A stretch of 35,698 nt of DNA from Phycisphaerales bacterium UBA966 (lineage in GTDB: Bacteria; Planctomycetota; Phycisphaerae; Phycisphaerales; SM1A02): NCBI GenBank assembly GCA_002292895.1, contig DBCE01000188.1, positions 896-36,593 of the forward strand. Reading direction: 5' to 3'. A program made the position numbers and the translations under genes. Each line of letters starts with the position of its first letter. The first letter of the stretch is position 1. Shown here one piece after another: positions 20,393 to 31,411 of this stretch. A model generated the notes under the pieces. That model was not told the DNA's origin and ran no database searches. It was given only the letters and a program-made list of their open reading frames with translations.

Positions 20393-20465
20393 TGGCAACT
20401 CGCGGACTTGAACCGCGGACCCGCGCATCTTCAGTGCGCTGCTCTACCAACTGAGCTAAGTTGCC
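20393..20465 (-). tRNA. tRNA-Phe (GAA)
   Basis: GGCAACT/AGTTGCC acceptor stem, D-arm AGCTCAGTTGGTAGAGC, anticodon arm GCGCA-CTGAAGA-TGCGC, T-loop GTTCAAGTC. CCA is not encoded. Confidence 0.96.
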
Positions 20466-20514
20466 GCGCGCGTTACAACCCAGTGACGGGTCGCTTCGAG
20501 CAGTAATTTGGATG

Positions 20515-21243
20515 TCACCCTCGGAACCCGGGACGCGTTTCGGCGCCCGCGGCCATTTGGGCAGGAATGCGAAGGGTACGCACTTCTTCCACCGTGTCAA
20601 GGCGCTCGGAGGCACTTGCTGCTCGTCCGAGCTCCACTTCGAGGCTCCCCAGGAGCCTTTCAGCCAGCCAATACCGCAGTGGGCGGGTGGCGGCAAAGGT
20701 TCGGAGGTCGGGGGCACGAACGCCGCGCGGGCGGCGGACGGTGGTTCCGGAGCGTCCGCTGCGCGTGCGGGCATCGGTGGTCGGCCCGAGCGTGGAAACG
20801 CGTAGGTCAATCCAGAATCGGCGCGCGAATGCAATTCCGCGCATCGGGTCAAGGCGCGAAGCACAGGCGCGATCGAAGCCAGGTGCCAGTACGGTCTGCA
20901 AGTCGGCCCATGACTGCGCAACACCGCGCGCCAGTGCGGCAGCGTGCACCGCACATTTAATGTTGTCGATAGCGCGCTCTGGTCGCGGCATGCGACCGAG
21001 ACCCGCATTCTCCAAATGCTCAATGACGTCGGAAACGCTCATTCCGTAGCGCACGGCTAATTCGCCTGATTCTGCGAAATACGCCGAGCGAATGCTCGCT
21101 TCAATCGATCCATCTAATCGGCGCGCCGAAGAGCGCTCAGCCATGGTGCATGCACCACCGGCATTGTTCGAACCCCACAACGAGTGCGACTCCCACAGCG
21201 TGCCCGTTGCGTCAGTGGAATTCATTGAACTGTTCACTTTCAT
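20515..21243 (-). CDS. hypothetical protein, resembles the N-terminal/region-2 part of ECF sigma factors and lacks region 4
   Basis: Own promoter and AGGAGG SD 9 nt before ATG 21243. Motifs HAAALARG..QSWADL and LRTFAATRPLRYWL. Confidence 0.7.
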   Translation of the reverse strand: MKVNSSMNSTDATGTLWESHSLWGSNNAGGACTMAERSSARRLDGSIEASIRSAYFAESGELAVRYGMSVSDVIEHLENAGLGRMPRPERAIDNIKCAVHAAALARGVAQSWADLQTVLAPGFDRACASRLDPMRGIAFARRFWIDLRVSTLGPTTDARTRSGRSGTTVRRPRGVRAPDLRTFAATRPLRYWLAERLLGSLEVELGRAASASERLDTVEEVRTLRIPAQMAAGAETRPGFRG

Positions 21244-21353
21244 CGGTGTTCGCCTCCTGCGATTCCGTGGCGAGTGCCGCTGCTTGCATAGCCGCGCTGC
21301 ACTCACGCATTCCTTGCGTGCGCGGAGTGTAGAGCTGTGAAGTGGCGCGTCAA
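21244..21353 (-). promoter_or_regulatory. sigma70-type promoter plus leader with three GGA motifs (candidate CsrA sites)
   Basis: TTGACG (21353-21348)-N16-TACACT (21331-21326); hairpin CACGCA-AGGAA-TGCGTG (21320-21304); ACGGA; TCGC-AGGAG-GCGA hairpin carrying the SD. Confidence 0.65.
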
Positions 21354-21380
21354 TCCGTTTACGCAGAATCCCGGGCGATT

Positions 21381-22178
21381 TCATGCAATACGGACGTTGC
21401 CAAGAAGTGAGCGCCGAAGGTCACGCAAGGCCGGAAACTTATCGCGCCAGCGCAACAACTCATTGCGATCGAGTTCTGCAATAAGCGCTAACTCGCCATC
21501 CCCCGCCTCAGCGATGATCTCTCCGCTCGGCGCCACCACGAACGAGTCGCCGTGGTACGCGGCTTGTGGGTCGTGTCCGATACGGTTGCATGCGATGACA
21601 AATGCTTGGTTCTCGATGGCGCGGGCAACCGCAAGCGCACGCCGATGTACTGCGCGCGCACCCGGCCAATTTGCGCCCACGGTGAACACCTCTGCGCCCG
21701 CAAGTGCTGCAAGGCGAAAGAGTTCGGGAAAGCGGAGGTCATAACAAATGAACGGCGCAACTCGCCATGTACCGTCCGTGAGCGGCACATCAATCACCGA
21801 GATGGTGTCGCCCGGCGCGTAGTGTTGATCCTCACGAGCGGGCGAGAAGAGATGCATCTTCCGATATGTTCCGGCCACGGATCCATCCGGACGGATGATG
21901 CTGGCGGCGTTATGGAGCGCGCCAGTGGTGGCGTCGCGCTCGGCGTGCCCCGATTGCATCCAGACTTGGTGCCGCCGCGCGAGCTGTGCAGTGGCTTCAA
22001 CCGGATCCGGACGCCCGGCAGGGGGCGGATCCATGGTGAAACCGGTGTCCGCCAACTCAGGAAGCAGCACAAAGTCGCCCGCGGAAAGGTTTGCGGACGC
22101 AGCGAGCCGGTCGATGGTGGCCCAGTTGCGTGCGGGGTCCATCCACGCGATGTCAAACTGCAGGGCGGCGATGCGCAT
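21381..22178 (-). CDS. carbon-nitrogen hydrolase (nitrilase superfamily, Nit/YafV-like amidase)
   Basis: E-K-C triad in LLPE, YRKMHLF and ICYDLRFPE, plus ARAIENQ. Confidence 0.92.
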   Translation of the reverse strand: MRIAALQFDIAWMDPARNWATIDRLAASANLSAGDFVLLPELADTGFTMDPPPAGRPDPVEATAQLARRHQVWMQSGHAERDATTGALHNAASIIRPDGSVAGTYRKMHLFSPAREDQHYAPGDTISVIDVPLTDGTWRVAPFICYDLRFPELFRLAALAGAEVFTVGANWPGARAVHRRALAVARAIENQAFVIACNRIGHDPQAAYHGDSFVVAPSGEIIAEAGDGELALIAELDRNELLRWRDKFPALRDLRRSLLGNVRIA

Positions 22179-22245
22179 GGCGCGCACCATAGCGGTTCCC
22201 GCGCGATCAGCGCCGCACCGTGCCCCACAAGCGCCCAGTTGCTCC

Positions 22246-22284
22246 AAAAACAAACCACCCCCGCATAAGAACGGGGATGGTTTG
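22246..22284 (-). terminator. intrinsic terminator after tRNA-His
   Basis: CAAACCATCCCCG...CGGGGGTGGTTTG stem followed by TTTTT on the minus strand. Confidence 0.8.
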
Positions 22285-22291
22285 ATGAACG

Positions 22292-22365
22292 GGCGACCGA
22301 CGGGATTTGAACCCGCGACTTTCAGGATCACAACCCGATGCTCTACCAACTGAGCTACGGCCGCC
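22292..22365 (-). tRNA. tRNA-His (GTG)
   Basis: G-1 is encoded, acceptor GCGGCCG/CGGTCGC with C73, anticodon arm TCGGG-TTGTGAT-CCTGA, T-loop GTTCAAATC. Confidence 0.96.
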
Positions 22366-22381
22366 GTAGTGAAGGGAAATC

Positions 22382-22410
22382 ATGGTATCCGGACGAGGAA
22401 GGGGGGTCAA
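22382..22410 (-). promoter_or_regulatory. sigma70-type promoter of tRNA-His
   Basis: TTGACC-N17-TACCAT, ending 16 nt upstream of the tRNA. Confidence 0.7.
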
Positions 22411-22496
22411 TCCCCTCGGATTCCGAGCAACGAACCGGGCGACCAAGTCGGTATCCTTCGCCCTTTACGCTCCCCTTTTAGGAAAGCACTTCACCC

Positions 22497-24089
<1,593 letters not shown>

Positions 24090-24111
24090 CCGGCCCGAGG
24101 TACCTCAGACC

Positions 24112-25371
24112 ATGGCAACCATGCAAGCGACCGCGCACGCTGTCACGGATGTTGGCTTTGCGGACATCGTTGCAGCTCGCCAACGTATCGCGGGCGGGGT
24201 GTTGGTCACGCCGTGCGTTGAAAGCCCGGCGCTTTCAGCCATCACCGGCGCACAGATATTTTGCAAATTGGAGTACCAGCAACGCGCGGGCAGCTTTAAG
24301 GAGCGTGGGGCGTGCAACGCCTTGCTCCTTCTGAGTGCCGAAGAGCGATCGCGTGGCGTGATTGCAGCAAGTGCAGGCAATCATGCGCTGGCATTGGCAT
24401 TGCATGGCAAGCGTCTTGGCATTCCAGTGACCGTGGTCATGCCAATGCATGCGCCGTTGGTGAAGCAGCGGCGGTGTCGTGAGTTGGGCGCGCGCGTTCT
24501 GAATCACGGCGACAACATTGCAGAGGCACGAAGCCGCGCAGATCTGTTGGTGGCTGATGAACGTCTGACGTACATCAACGGATTTAACGACGCGGCGATC
24601 GTTGCAGGGCAGGGTACTGTTGGCCTGGAAATTCTTGAGCAAGTTCATGACCTTGATGCCATCGTGGTACCGATCGGTGGTGCGGGTTTGATTGCTGGTA
24701 TCGCCTTGGCAACCAAAGAACTGGCGCCACGCGTGAAGATTGTTGGTGTTGAACCATCCCGATGCGCAAGTTTCGCTGCGGCCATGGCTGCGGGCAAGCC
24801 GGTGCGCGTTTCGTCCGTAGCCACACTCGCTGACGGCCTTGCAGTTCCGGAAGTCGGTGCCCGTAGCTTTGAGATTGCACGAACGCGCGTCGATGAGTGG
24901 GTGGCGGTTGATGAGAACGCCATCGCACTTGCCATTCTGCGCTTGGCGGAGTTGGAGAAGGGGGTCGTAGAGGGCGCTGGTGCGGCGCCGCTGGCAGCAT
25001 TCCTGGCGGGCAAACTGGATTCACTGAAGGGCAAACGCGTCGCGTTGGTTCTTTGTGGAGGCAATATTGATCCGTTGGTGTTCAGCCGCGTCATTGAGCA
25101 GGGGCTTGCTGTTGATGGTCGGCTTGTGAAATTCTCGGCGGTGATTAGCGATCGTCCCGGTGGATTGGCTGATCTTGCTGGAACCCTTGCGAAGTGCGGT
25201 GCAAGTGTTCAAGACATCGTTCATGAACGCACGTTCGGCGAAGCCGATGTCTCTACCGTGACGGTGCAATGCATTGTTGAAGTCCGGGACCGTAGCCATG
25301 CGCAGGAGCTGTTTGAGGCCCTGCACGCGCGCGGGGTCCGTATTACCTCCCGCAGCGCCCCGGCGGAGTGA
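24112..25371 (+). CDS. ilvA: threonine ammonia-lyase with C-terminal ACT domain
   Basis: GSFKERG (PLP Lys), ASAGNHA, AGQGT, PIGGAGL, EGAGA, CGGNID, and ACT motif DRPGGL. Confidence 0.92.
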   Translation: MATMQATAHAVTDVGFADIVAARQRIAGGVLVTPCVESPALSAITGAQIFCKLEYQQRAGSFKERGACNALLLLSAEERSRGVIAASAGNHALALALHGKRLGIPVTVVMPMHAPLVKQRRCRELGARVLNHGDNIAEARSRADLLVADERLTYINGFNDAAIVAGQGTVGLEILEQVHDLDAIVVPIGGAGLIAGIALATKELAPRVKIVGVEPSRCASFAAAMAAGKPVRVSSVATLADGLAVPEVGARSFEIARTRVDEWVAVDENAIALAILRLAELEKGVVEGAGAAPLAAFLAGKLDSLKGKRVALVLCGGNIDPLVFSRVIEQGLAVDGRLVKFSAVISDRPGGLADLAGTLAKCGASVQDIVHERTFGEADVSTVTVQCIVEVRDRSHAQELFEALHARGVRITSRSAPAE

Positions 25372-25497
25372 ATTTCTTCAAAAATCCGGTGATGTGAACT
25401 TCAGACGGTGGTCCGGCGCGCCGATCCATGCGGTGGCGCAGCGTCCACCTCTGGATGCGGTGCCACCTATCGCGCTTTAAGGAGCATTGAGAATCAC

Positions 25498-26100
25498 ATG
25501 GCACAGAACGCATTCGGCACGGAAAAGGAAGCACTCACCACGGGCGAAGTTGCGCGCATCTGCAATGTGGCAGCTCGTACCGTGAGCAAGTGGATCGATG
25601 GCGGTCGTCTTGAGGGCTATCGAATTCCTGGTTCGCGTGATCGTCGTGTTCATGTTTCCGCGCTCGAGAACTTTGTTACTGCTCACGGGATTCCGTTTAC
25701 GGCCGAAGCGCCGCAAGCGGCAACCACTACCCGTGTTCTCTTGGTTGACCTGGACCGAACTGCTACGGAGACCGTTCGCGAAGTGTTGACGGATCTGGGT
25801 GGTTTCACTGTGGAGACCGCTTCCGATGCGCTCTCTGCTGCGATTGCGTGTGGATCCTCAGTGCCCGATGTAGTGGTGTTTGACTGCTCAGCCGGCGATC
25901 CGGTGGCGTTTATCACTGCGCTTCGGTCGCGCGCCAACTTTGCCAATACCCGCTTCTTTGCAAGTGGCACGGCCTTTCCGGACGGCGGCATTTCACTCAC
26001 TCGCCGCGGCTTTGAAGCGATTATCCATAAGCCGTATTCGGTGCGTGTACTGCTTGAAGCAGTCACTGCGCCACGAATGAATGCTCGCCACGCTGGTTGA
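25498..26100 (+). CDS. excisionase-type HTH (HTH_17) + receiver domain response regulator
   Basis: LTTGEVARICNVAARTVSKWIDGGRLEGYRIPGSRDRRV followed by a REC domain (LLVDLD, VVFD, KPY). SD TAAGGAG upstream. Confidence 0.88.
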   Translation: MAQNAFGTEKEALTTGEVARICNVAARTVSKWIDGGRLEGYRIPGSRDRRVHVSALENFVTAHGIPFTAEAPQAATTTRVLLVDLDRTATETVREVLTDLGGFTVETASDALSAAIACGSSVPDVVVFDCSAGDPVAFITALRSRANFANTRFFASGTAFPDGGISLTRRGFEAIIHKPYSVRVLLEAVTAPRMNARHAG

Positions 26101-26144
26101 CATTGCCTCCGCACCGCGGCGTTGCCACCTAGACTGTCCGTCCC

Positions 26145-27866
26145 ATGCGGATTGCGCTTGCACGCTTCGATTCCCTCGTTGGCGATGTTCCCGGAAATTC
26201 CCGGCGAATGCTTGATCGCGCGGTGGAACTCGCCCGCGCCGGTGCGCAATGCGTGGTCTTTCCTGAACTCGCCATGGTCGGCTATCCGCCGCGGGACCTT
26301 CTGCAACGTGAAGGATTTGTTGATACCTGCGAATGCGCCGTGGTGGCGTTGGCGGCCAGCCTGAAGAGCGCCGGCGCTGGCGATGTTGCCGTCTGCGTTG
26401 GTGCTGTCATGCATGCGGCCGGTGCGGGTTCCGCGCTCATCAATGTGGTGGCAGTGCTGCGGGGCGGCCGCGTGGAAGCCACCTACGCCAAGCGGCTGCT
26501 TCCCGATTACGACGTCTTTGACGAGCCGCGGCACTTTGCGCCGGGCCGATCGCCCGTTGTGATTTCGTGTGGCGCTGAGCGCGTTGGTATTGTCATCTGC
26601 GAAGACCTGTGGCGCGCTGAAGACGCGGTTGCTACAGGTCACTCGTATTCCATTGACCCAGTCGCTGAGTCTGTTGCCGCGGGTGCAACAGTGATTGTCT
26701 GTCCGTCGGCAAGTCCATGCGCGGCAGGAAAGCATGCGCGCCATCTGGAGATCTTGCGCTCGGCAGCCCAACGCGTCGGCGTTCCGTTGTGTTCACTGAA
26801 CGCATCCGGCGCGGACGACGATCTGGTCTTTGATGGTGACGCGCGCATTGTGTTTCCTGATGGAACCGCCATTGCCGCTTCACGCTGGGGCAAAGATGCA
26901 CTGGCGCATGATTTCAAAGCCTCATCCGTTGCTGCTGAGCGCAGTGTCGTACTGAAAGCGGAAGGAGCAGAGCACGCGGAGCGCTGGCACACGGTTGTTG
27001 CAGGAATTGCTGGCTATTTCCGCAAGACCGGTCACAGTCACGCTGTGCTTGGACTGTCTGGTGGAATTGACAGTGCCCTGGTTGCTGCGCTTGCATGTGC
27101 GGCCCTGGGCGCAGACCGGGTCACTGGCGTATTGATGCCCAGCAAGTTCTCCAGCGATGGTTCGCGCGCTGATGCGTGGGAATTGGCGCGGCGGCTTGGC
27201 ATGAGCGCGCTGGAGATTCCAATCGAGCCAGCGCATCATGCGTTGGCTACCCATCTGCAGCCGTACCTTGCCAAAGTGGGTGCGGGGCTTGATGGCTTGG
27301 TTGATGAGAATCTGCAAAGTCGCCTGCGTGGAATTCAACTGATGGCCTTCTCCAATGCCACCGGCGCGCTGGTGCTTGCTACTGGAAATAAGAGTGAATA
27401 CGCCGTTGGATATTCCACTCTCTATGGCGACATGTGCGGCGCACTGGCGCCGATCGGTGACATCTTGAAGACCGATGTTTGGGCACTGGCGAGATGGGCG
27501 AACGAGCACTACCCAAAGCTGGCATTGGTTTCCGGATTGGATTGGCACTGCTCGCAACCGCCGATTCCTGAGGCGAGTATCACCAAGATTCCCAGCGCTG
27601 AACTTCGACCCGATCAGGCAGACCAAGACTCGCTGCCGCCCTATGAAGTGCTTGATGCCATTGTGCGCGGCTGGGTCGAAGAAGAGCGTTCCATCGACTC
27701 AATTGCGCTGGCCCACCAACTTGACCGTGCCTTAGTGGAGCGATGGACGCGGGCGATTGACATGGCGCAGTACAAGCGCGCCCAGGCTCCGGTGATCATT
27801 CGCCTGAGCCCGCGCGCGTTCGGTCCGGGCCGCAGAATGCCGATCGTCATGCGCGATGTGCGCTGA
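26145..27866 (+). CDS. nadE: glutamine-dependent NAD+ synthetase
   Basis: Nitrilase domain (FPEL, YAKRLLP, ICEDLW) plus synthetase domain (LGLSGGIDS, ENLQSR, TGNKSE, YSTLYGD, PSAELRPDQ). Confidence 0.96.
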   Translation: MRIALARFDSLVGDVPGNSRRMLDRAVELARAGAQCVVFPELAMVGYPPRDLLQREGFVDTCECAVVALAASLKSAGAGDVAVCVGAVMHAAGAGSALINVVAVLRGGRVEATYAKRLLPDYDVFDEPRHFAPGRSPVVISCGAERVGIVICEDLWRAEDAVATGHSYSIDPVAESVAAGATVIVCPSASPCAAGKHARHLEILRSAAQRVGVPLCSLNASGADDDLVFDGDARIVFPDGTAIAASRWGKDALAHDFKASSVAAERSVVLKAEGAEHAERWHTVVAGIAGYFRKTGHSHAVLGLSGGIDSALVAALACAALGADRVTGVLMPSKFSSDGSRADAWELARRLGMSALEIPIEPAHHALATHLQPYLAKVGAGLDGLVDENLQSRLRGIQLMAFSNATGALVLATGNKSEYAVGYSTLYGDMCGALAPIGDILKTDVWALARWANEHYPKLALVSGLDWHCSQPPIPEASITKIPSAELRPDQADQDSLPPYEVLDAIVRGWVEEERSIDSIALAHQLDRALVERWTRAIDMAQYKRAQAPVIIRLSPRAFGPGRRMPIVMRDVR

Positions 27867-27905
27867 TTTGCAGCCTAGCGCCCACGCATCAATTCACCGC
27901 GCTAC

Positions 27906-28703
27906 TCAACTGCTCGTGGAACTCTGCCCACGGAACGCCGTTGGAACTTCAATGCCCGGAATGGGCAGCGTTTCGCCGTGCACTTGCAACAATTGATCCG
28001 CTTCAATGCAATACGCAGTCAGCGCACCACCGTAGGCGCAGCCCGTATCAATGTTTGCAAAGTACGGCACGCCGTTTTCTGAGCGCAGGATGATTGGTTG
28101 TCGAACTGGTCGATGTCCGACGATGATGAGCCCATCGGAACCGTCATAGCGCTCCCACCAATTCTGCTCGCCTTCGGCAGCCTTCACGTGGATCTTCACG
28201 TCGTCGGGCGTGTTCTCAACGCCAAGTTTCGGATCGATGCCGCCATGGACAACCGTCCACGTTCCGCGTGGGTGTCGCACTTCAACGCGGTCGCATGCCT
28301 CAGTGAGTAGCCATGTAGCTTCACGCATGAGTCCGGCACGTTGCAGCATTTCAATGGCGACGCGTTCGGTGCGTGGCAGGAGATCGATACTGGCACCCGA
28401 TTGCATGCGCACCACCGCACTCAGCAGCCGCAGGTCATGATTGCCACAGACCAGGTCAACGCGGTGACCCTGCGCGCGGCGATCCATGATGGCCCGCACC
28501 ACGCGACCCGGCTCCGGGCCTTTGGTGAAGAGATCTCCAACCAAAATGATGCGCGCGCCGGGAAACCAACGATCGACCAGGAGCAGCAACTGCTCAAACT
28601 CTGCCCCGCATCCATGAATATCACCAATGGCAACCGTGGAGGTCTTGGACCGTGCCGGGGTGCGTCCTGCACCGGAATTGCTGCCCGTCCTAGGCGTTTC
28701 CAT
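27906..28703 (-). CDS. calcineurin-like metallophosphoesterase (ApaH/PrpE-like)
   Basis: GDIHG, GDLFTKGP, GNHD, VHGG, GH, IDTGC motifs. Confidence 0.9.
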   Translation of the reverse strand: METPRTGSNSGAGRTPARSKTSTVAIGDIHGCGAEFEQLLLLVDRWFPGARIILVGDLFTKGPEPGRVVRAIMDRRAQGHRVDLVCGNHDLRLLSAVVRMQSGASIDLLPRTERVAIEMLQRAGLMREATWLLTEACDRVEVRHPRGTWTVVHGGIDPKLGVENTPDDVKIHVKAAEGEQNWWERYDGSDGLIIVGHRPVRQPIILRSENGVPYFANIDTGCAYGGALTAYCIEADQLLQVHGETLPIPGIEVPTAFRGQSSTSS

Positions 28704-28767
28704 GGCGGTAGTGTGACATGGAAGGTGCTTCAAGTCCAGTAGTCGGGGCGATCTTTACAATCCGCGC

Positions 28768-30534
28768 ATGCCGATTCGTCTTCTTCCGCGCCAGCTTGTT
28801 GATCAAATTGCCGCAGGCGAGGTGGTAGAGCGTCCGGCCAGCGTCGTCAAGGAATTGGTGGAGAACGCCATCGACGCCGGTGCGCAACGCGTTGAGGTTT
28901 CCGTAGAAGGCGGCGGAGTGGATCGCATCGTGGTGGCCGACGATGGCGGCGGCATTGCTGCAGACGAACTTCCGCTTGCCATTGCAAGCCATGCCACCAG
29001 CAAGATTTCTTCGTCCGATGATCTTGCCGCCATCGGCACCATGGGATTTCGCGGCGAGGCGCTCGCTTCCATCGCGAGTGTTTCGCGCCTCTCAATCACC
29101 AGTCGAGTCACTGGGAGTGACGCTGGCGCACGCATTGAGGTGGACGGAGGCGTTGCCAGCGAGGTGCGCCCAGCCGGTTGTCCAGTCGGCACGGTGGTTG
29201 AAGTGCGGCAGTTGTTTCACAACGTGCCAGCGCGACGGAAGTTCCTGCGCACGGCTGGCACCGAACTTGGTCGCATTGAAGAAGTACTGGAATCGATCGC
29301 TTTATGTCGCCCCGACGTTGCATTTCGGCTTGTAGCGGACGGCAAGACACGCATCGACCTTCCTGCAACTACTGACGCGCGCCGACGCGTATTGGCCGTG
29401 TTGGGCGAATCAATTGCGGACGGATTGTTGGAAGTCACCGCCGACACCGTCCTTGAAGGTGGGGCACCGATCACCCTGTGGGGATTAGTTGGACGACCAT
29501 CACTCGCGCGCGGTTCCGGGCGTGCATTGCGGTTTGCCCTGAACGGGCGCGCCGTGCTCGACCGCACGCTTGCGCACGCAGTGAAGGAAGCCTTCCGCGG
29601 CCTGGTTGATCCGGGGCGAACTCCCATCGCGTTTGTAGCGGTGGAGATGGATCCATCACTTGTTGATGTCAACGTGCATCCAGCCAAGACTGAGGTTCGC
29701 TTTCGGCAACCAAACTTTGTTCACCAGTGCGTGATGCGTGCGGTACGCGATGCTTTGCGCGCTGCGGACCTGGTGCCTTCATTCACGCTGATGCCTCATG
29801 CACACAGCGTTGTGTCTGCGATTCCCACTATCCCGATGGCCACCAGAAATCCCACCGATTTCAGTGACTTTGCGGCGCTGGCTGTTGACCGAGCGCTGCA
29901 TGCCACTCCACCGGTTGCGCTCGTCAGCGCTGCGCCGGAAACACTCCATGGAAATCGCACCGCTCGCCGGGTGATGCAGGTGCACGGCAGTTACTTAGTG
30001 GTAGAGGACGCCGAGGGCATCTTGGTGGTTGACCAACATGCGCTGCATGAGCGCGGCATGTTTGAAGAGTTGAAGGCGCGCATTGCCGCATCTCCGTTGG
30101 AATCGCAGCGCATGCTGGTGCCGGTCGCTATTGAAACTGACCCGCGTGCCGTGGAGGCGATTGCTGACGCGGGGCCACTCTTGGAACGGCTTGGTATTGA
30201 GCTTGGCGCCGTTGGACCGCGCGCTGTCCTGGTGCATGCCTATCCGACATTCCTCCTTGGACGCGGCGTTGAACCAGCGACGTTTGTGCCGGGTCTCTTG
30301 GCGCAGATTGCCGAAGACGGGCACGCAGACTTTGAATCAGCACTGCATTCTGTTCTTGACATGATGGCATGCAAGGCATCAGTGAAGGCAGGCGATCGAT
30401 TGTCACCAACAGAGATTGACGCGCTTCTTGATTTGCGCGATCGCATTGAGCGTGGCACCGCGTGCCCGCATGGTCGACCCACCGCGTTACGCATCACCAT
30501 GCGTGACCTCGAACGAAACTTTGGAAGGTCCTGA
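28768..30534 (+). CDS. mutL: DNA mismatch repair endonuclease MutL
   Basis: IAAGEVVERPASVVKELVENAIDA, GFRGEAL, DVNVHPAK, and endonuclease motifs DQHALHER, ACK and CPHGRP. Confidence 0.97.
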   Translation: MPIRLLPRQLVDQIAAGEVVERPASVVKELVENAIDAGAQRVEVSVEGGGVDRIVVADDGGGIAADELPLAIASHATSKISSSDDLAAIGTMGFRGEALASIASVSRLSITSRVTGSDAGARIEVDGGVASEVRPAGCPVGTVVEVRQLFHNVPARRKFLRTAGTELGRIEEVLESIALCRPDVAFRLVADGKTRIDLPATTDARRRVLAVLGESIADGLLEVTADTVLEGGAPITLWGLVGRPSLARGSGRALRFALNGRAVLDRTLAHAVKEAFRGLVDPGRTPIAFVAVEMDPSLVDVNVHPAKTEVRFRQPNFVHQCVMRAVRDALRAADLVPSFTLMPHAHSVVSAIPTIPMATRNPTDFSDFAALAVDRALHATPPVALVSAAPETLHGNRTARRVMQVHGSYLVVEDAEGILVVDQHALHERGMFEELKARIAASPLESQRMLVPVAIETDPRAVEAIADAGPLLERLGIELGAVGPRAVLVHAYPTFLLGRGVEPATFVPGLLAQIAEDGHADFESALHSVLDMMACKASVKAGDRLSPTEIDALLDLRDRIERGTACPHGRPTALRITMRDLERNFGRS

Positions 30535-30538
30535 CCCT

Positions 30539-31411
30539 ATGGCGAGGCAGCAGAATCTCACCGAAGAGTGGCTTGAAGCCGAACGCGGCGCGCGGGCCTT
30601 CACGGTTGCCGGTGGATGGGGAAGTGCCGACGGCGTGGTTGCGTCACCGTCACGGGATGCTGGTTGGGCGACACGCTCGCGCGGCACGCATGGAAGTCAT
30701 GGCGCCGCCGTACCGGTGGTGCTCTTGGCGCCGCAATGGCCTGGATTGGAAGACTCCGTTGCAGTGGCACTGGCTGATGACGCGGTGGCCGTGGGGCTGC
30801 TGCGCGGCGGTGTTCGTGTGGCTCGCTTGCGCGCGCTGAACTTTTCCGGTCCGCCCGATGTTGGAATGTGGGTTGATGCCATTGTTGACTCACTGCAATC
30901 GATCGCAAGTGGTTCGGGCGCCGTTGGATTGGCTGGAACCTGGGTGGCCGGCACCGCGTGCGCACTGGCCGCTGCGCGTCACGAACAGTTGTTGCTACTG
31001 GTATGTGCTGGAGCCCCCAGCGCCGAGATCATGAGTCGCAGAACTCCAGAGAATGAGGACGACTCCATGTGGACGTCCTCGGCAACGTTGCAACTCATTG
31101 AGCAACTTGCCGACCTGGCACCGCTTGAAGCAGTTGGAGTCTTTCCTCGCCCGTCGTTCTTTGTGCAGGGCGCCGTTGATGAACTGTTGACCGCTGCACA
31201 CTTTGAAGCGTGGCGCGCAGCCATCACCGCCACTGGTCGTTCAGCTGACGGCGTAGAGATTGGTTTCACGGACGCATTCTTTCGATGCGTTGATGCAGGT
31301 GGTGCCATTGACGTGCACGGCGAAGAAGGTCGATCGCTGCTCGCCGACGCAGTGGCGGGCTGGGTAGCGCGTACCGTTACTCCGACCGCAGAGGCTCGTC
31401 GCGTTCGGTGA
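30539..31411 (+). CDS. alpha/beta-hydrolase fold protein, probably catalytically degenerate
   Basis: VVLLA, VGLAGTWVAG (nucleophile-elbow position), FFVQGAVDELL. Starts 4 nt after mutL. Confidence 0.65.
   Translation: MARQQNLTEEWLEAERGARAFTVAGGWGSADGVVASPSRDAGWATRSRGTHGSHGAAVPVVLLAPQWPGLEDSVAVALADDAVAVGLLRGGVRVARLRALNFSGPPDVGMWVDAIVDSLQSIASGSGAVGLAGTWVAGTACALAAARHEQLLLLVCAGAPSAEIMSRRTPENEDDSMWTSSATLQLIEQLADLAPLEAVGVFPRPSFFVQGAVDELLTAAHFEAWRAAITATGRSADGVEIGFTDAFFRCVDAGGAIDVHGEEGRSLLADAVAGWVARTVTPTAEARRVR

Noticed and set aside
19257..20465. Genomic island integrated at tRNA-Phe
   Set aside because: No integrase, no duplicated tRNA 3' end, and no obvious compositional shift. The same holds for tRNA-His.
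22179..22349. N-terminal extension of the C-N hydrolase ORF
   Set aside because: It runs through tRNA-His and its terminator. The family begins at MRIAALQ.
25498..25690. Excisionase-like HTH as a prophage marker
   Set aside because: It is fused to a receiver domain, a common chromosomal planctomycete regulator, and has no phage or integrase neighbours.
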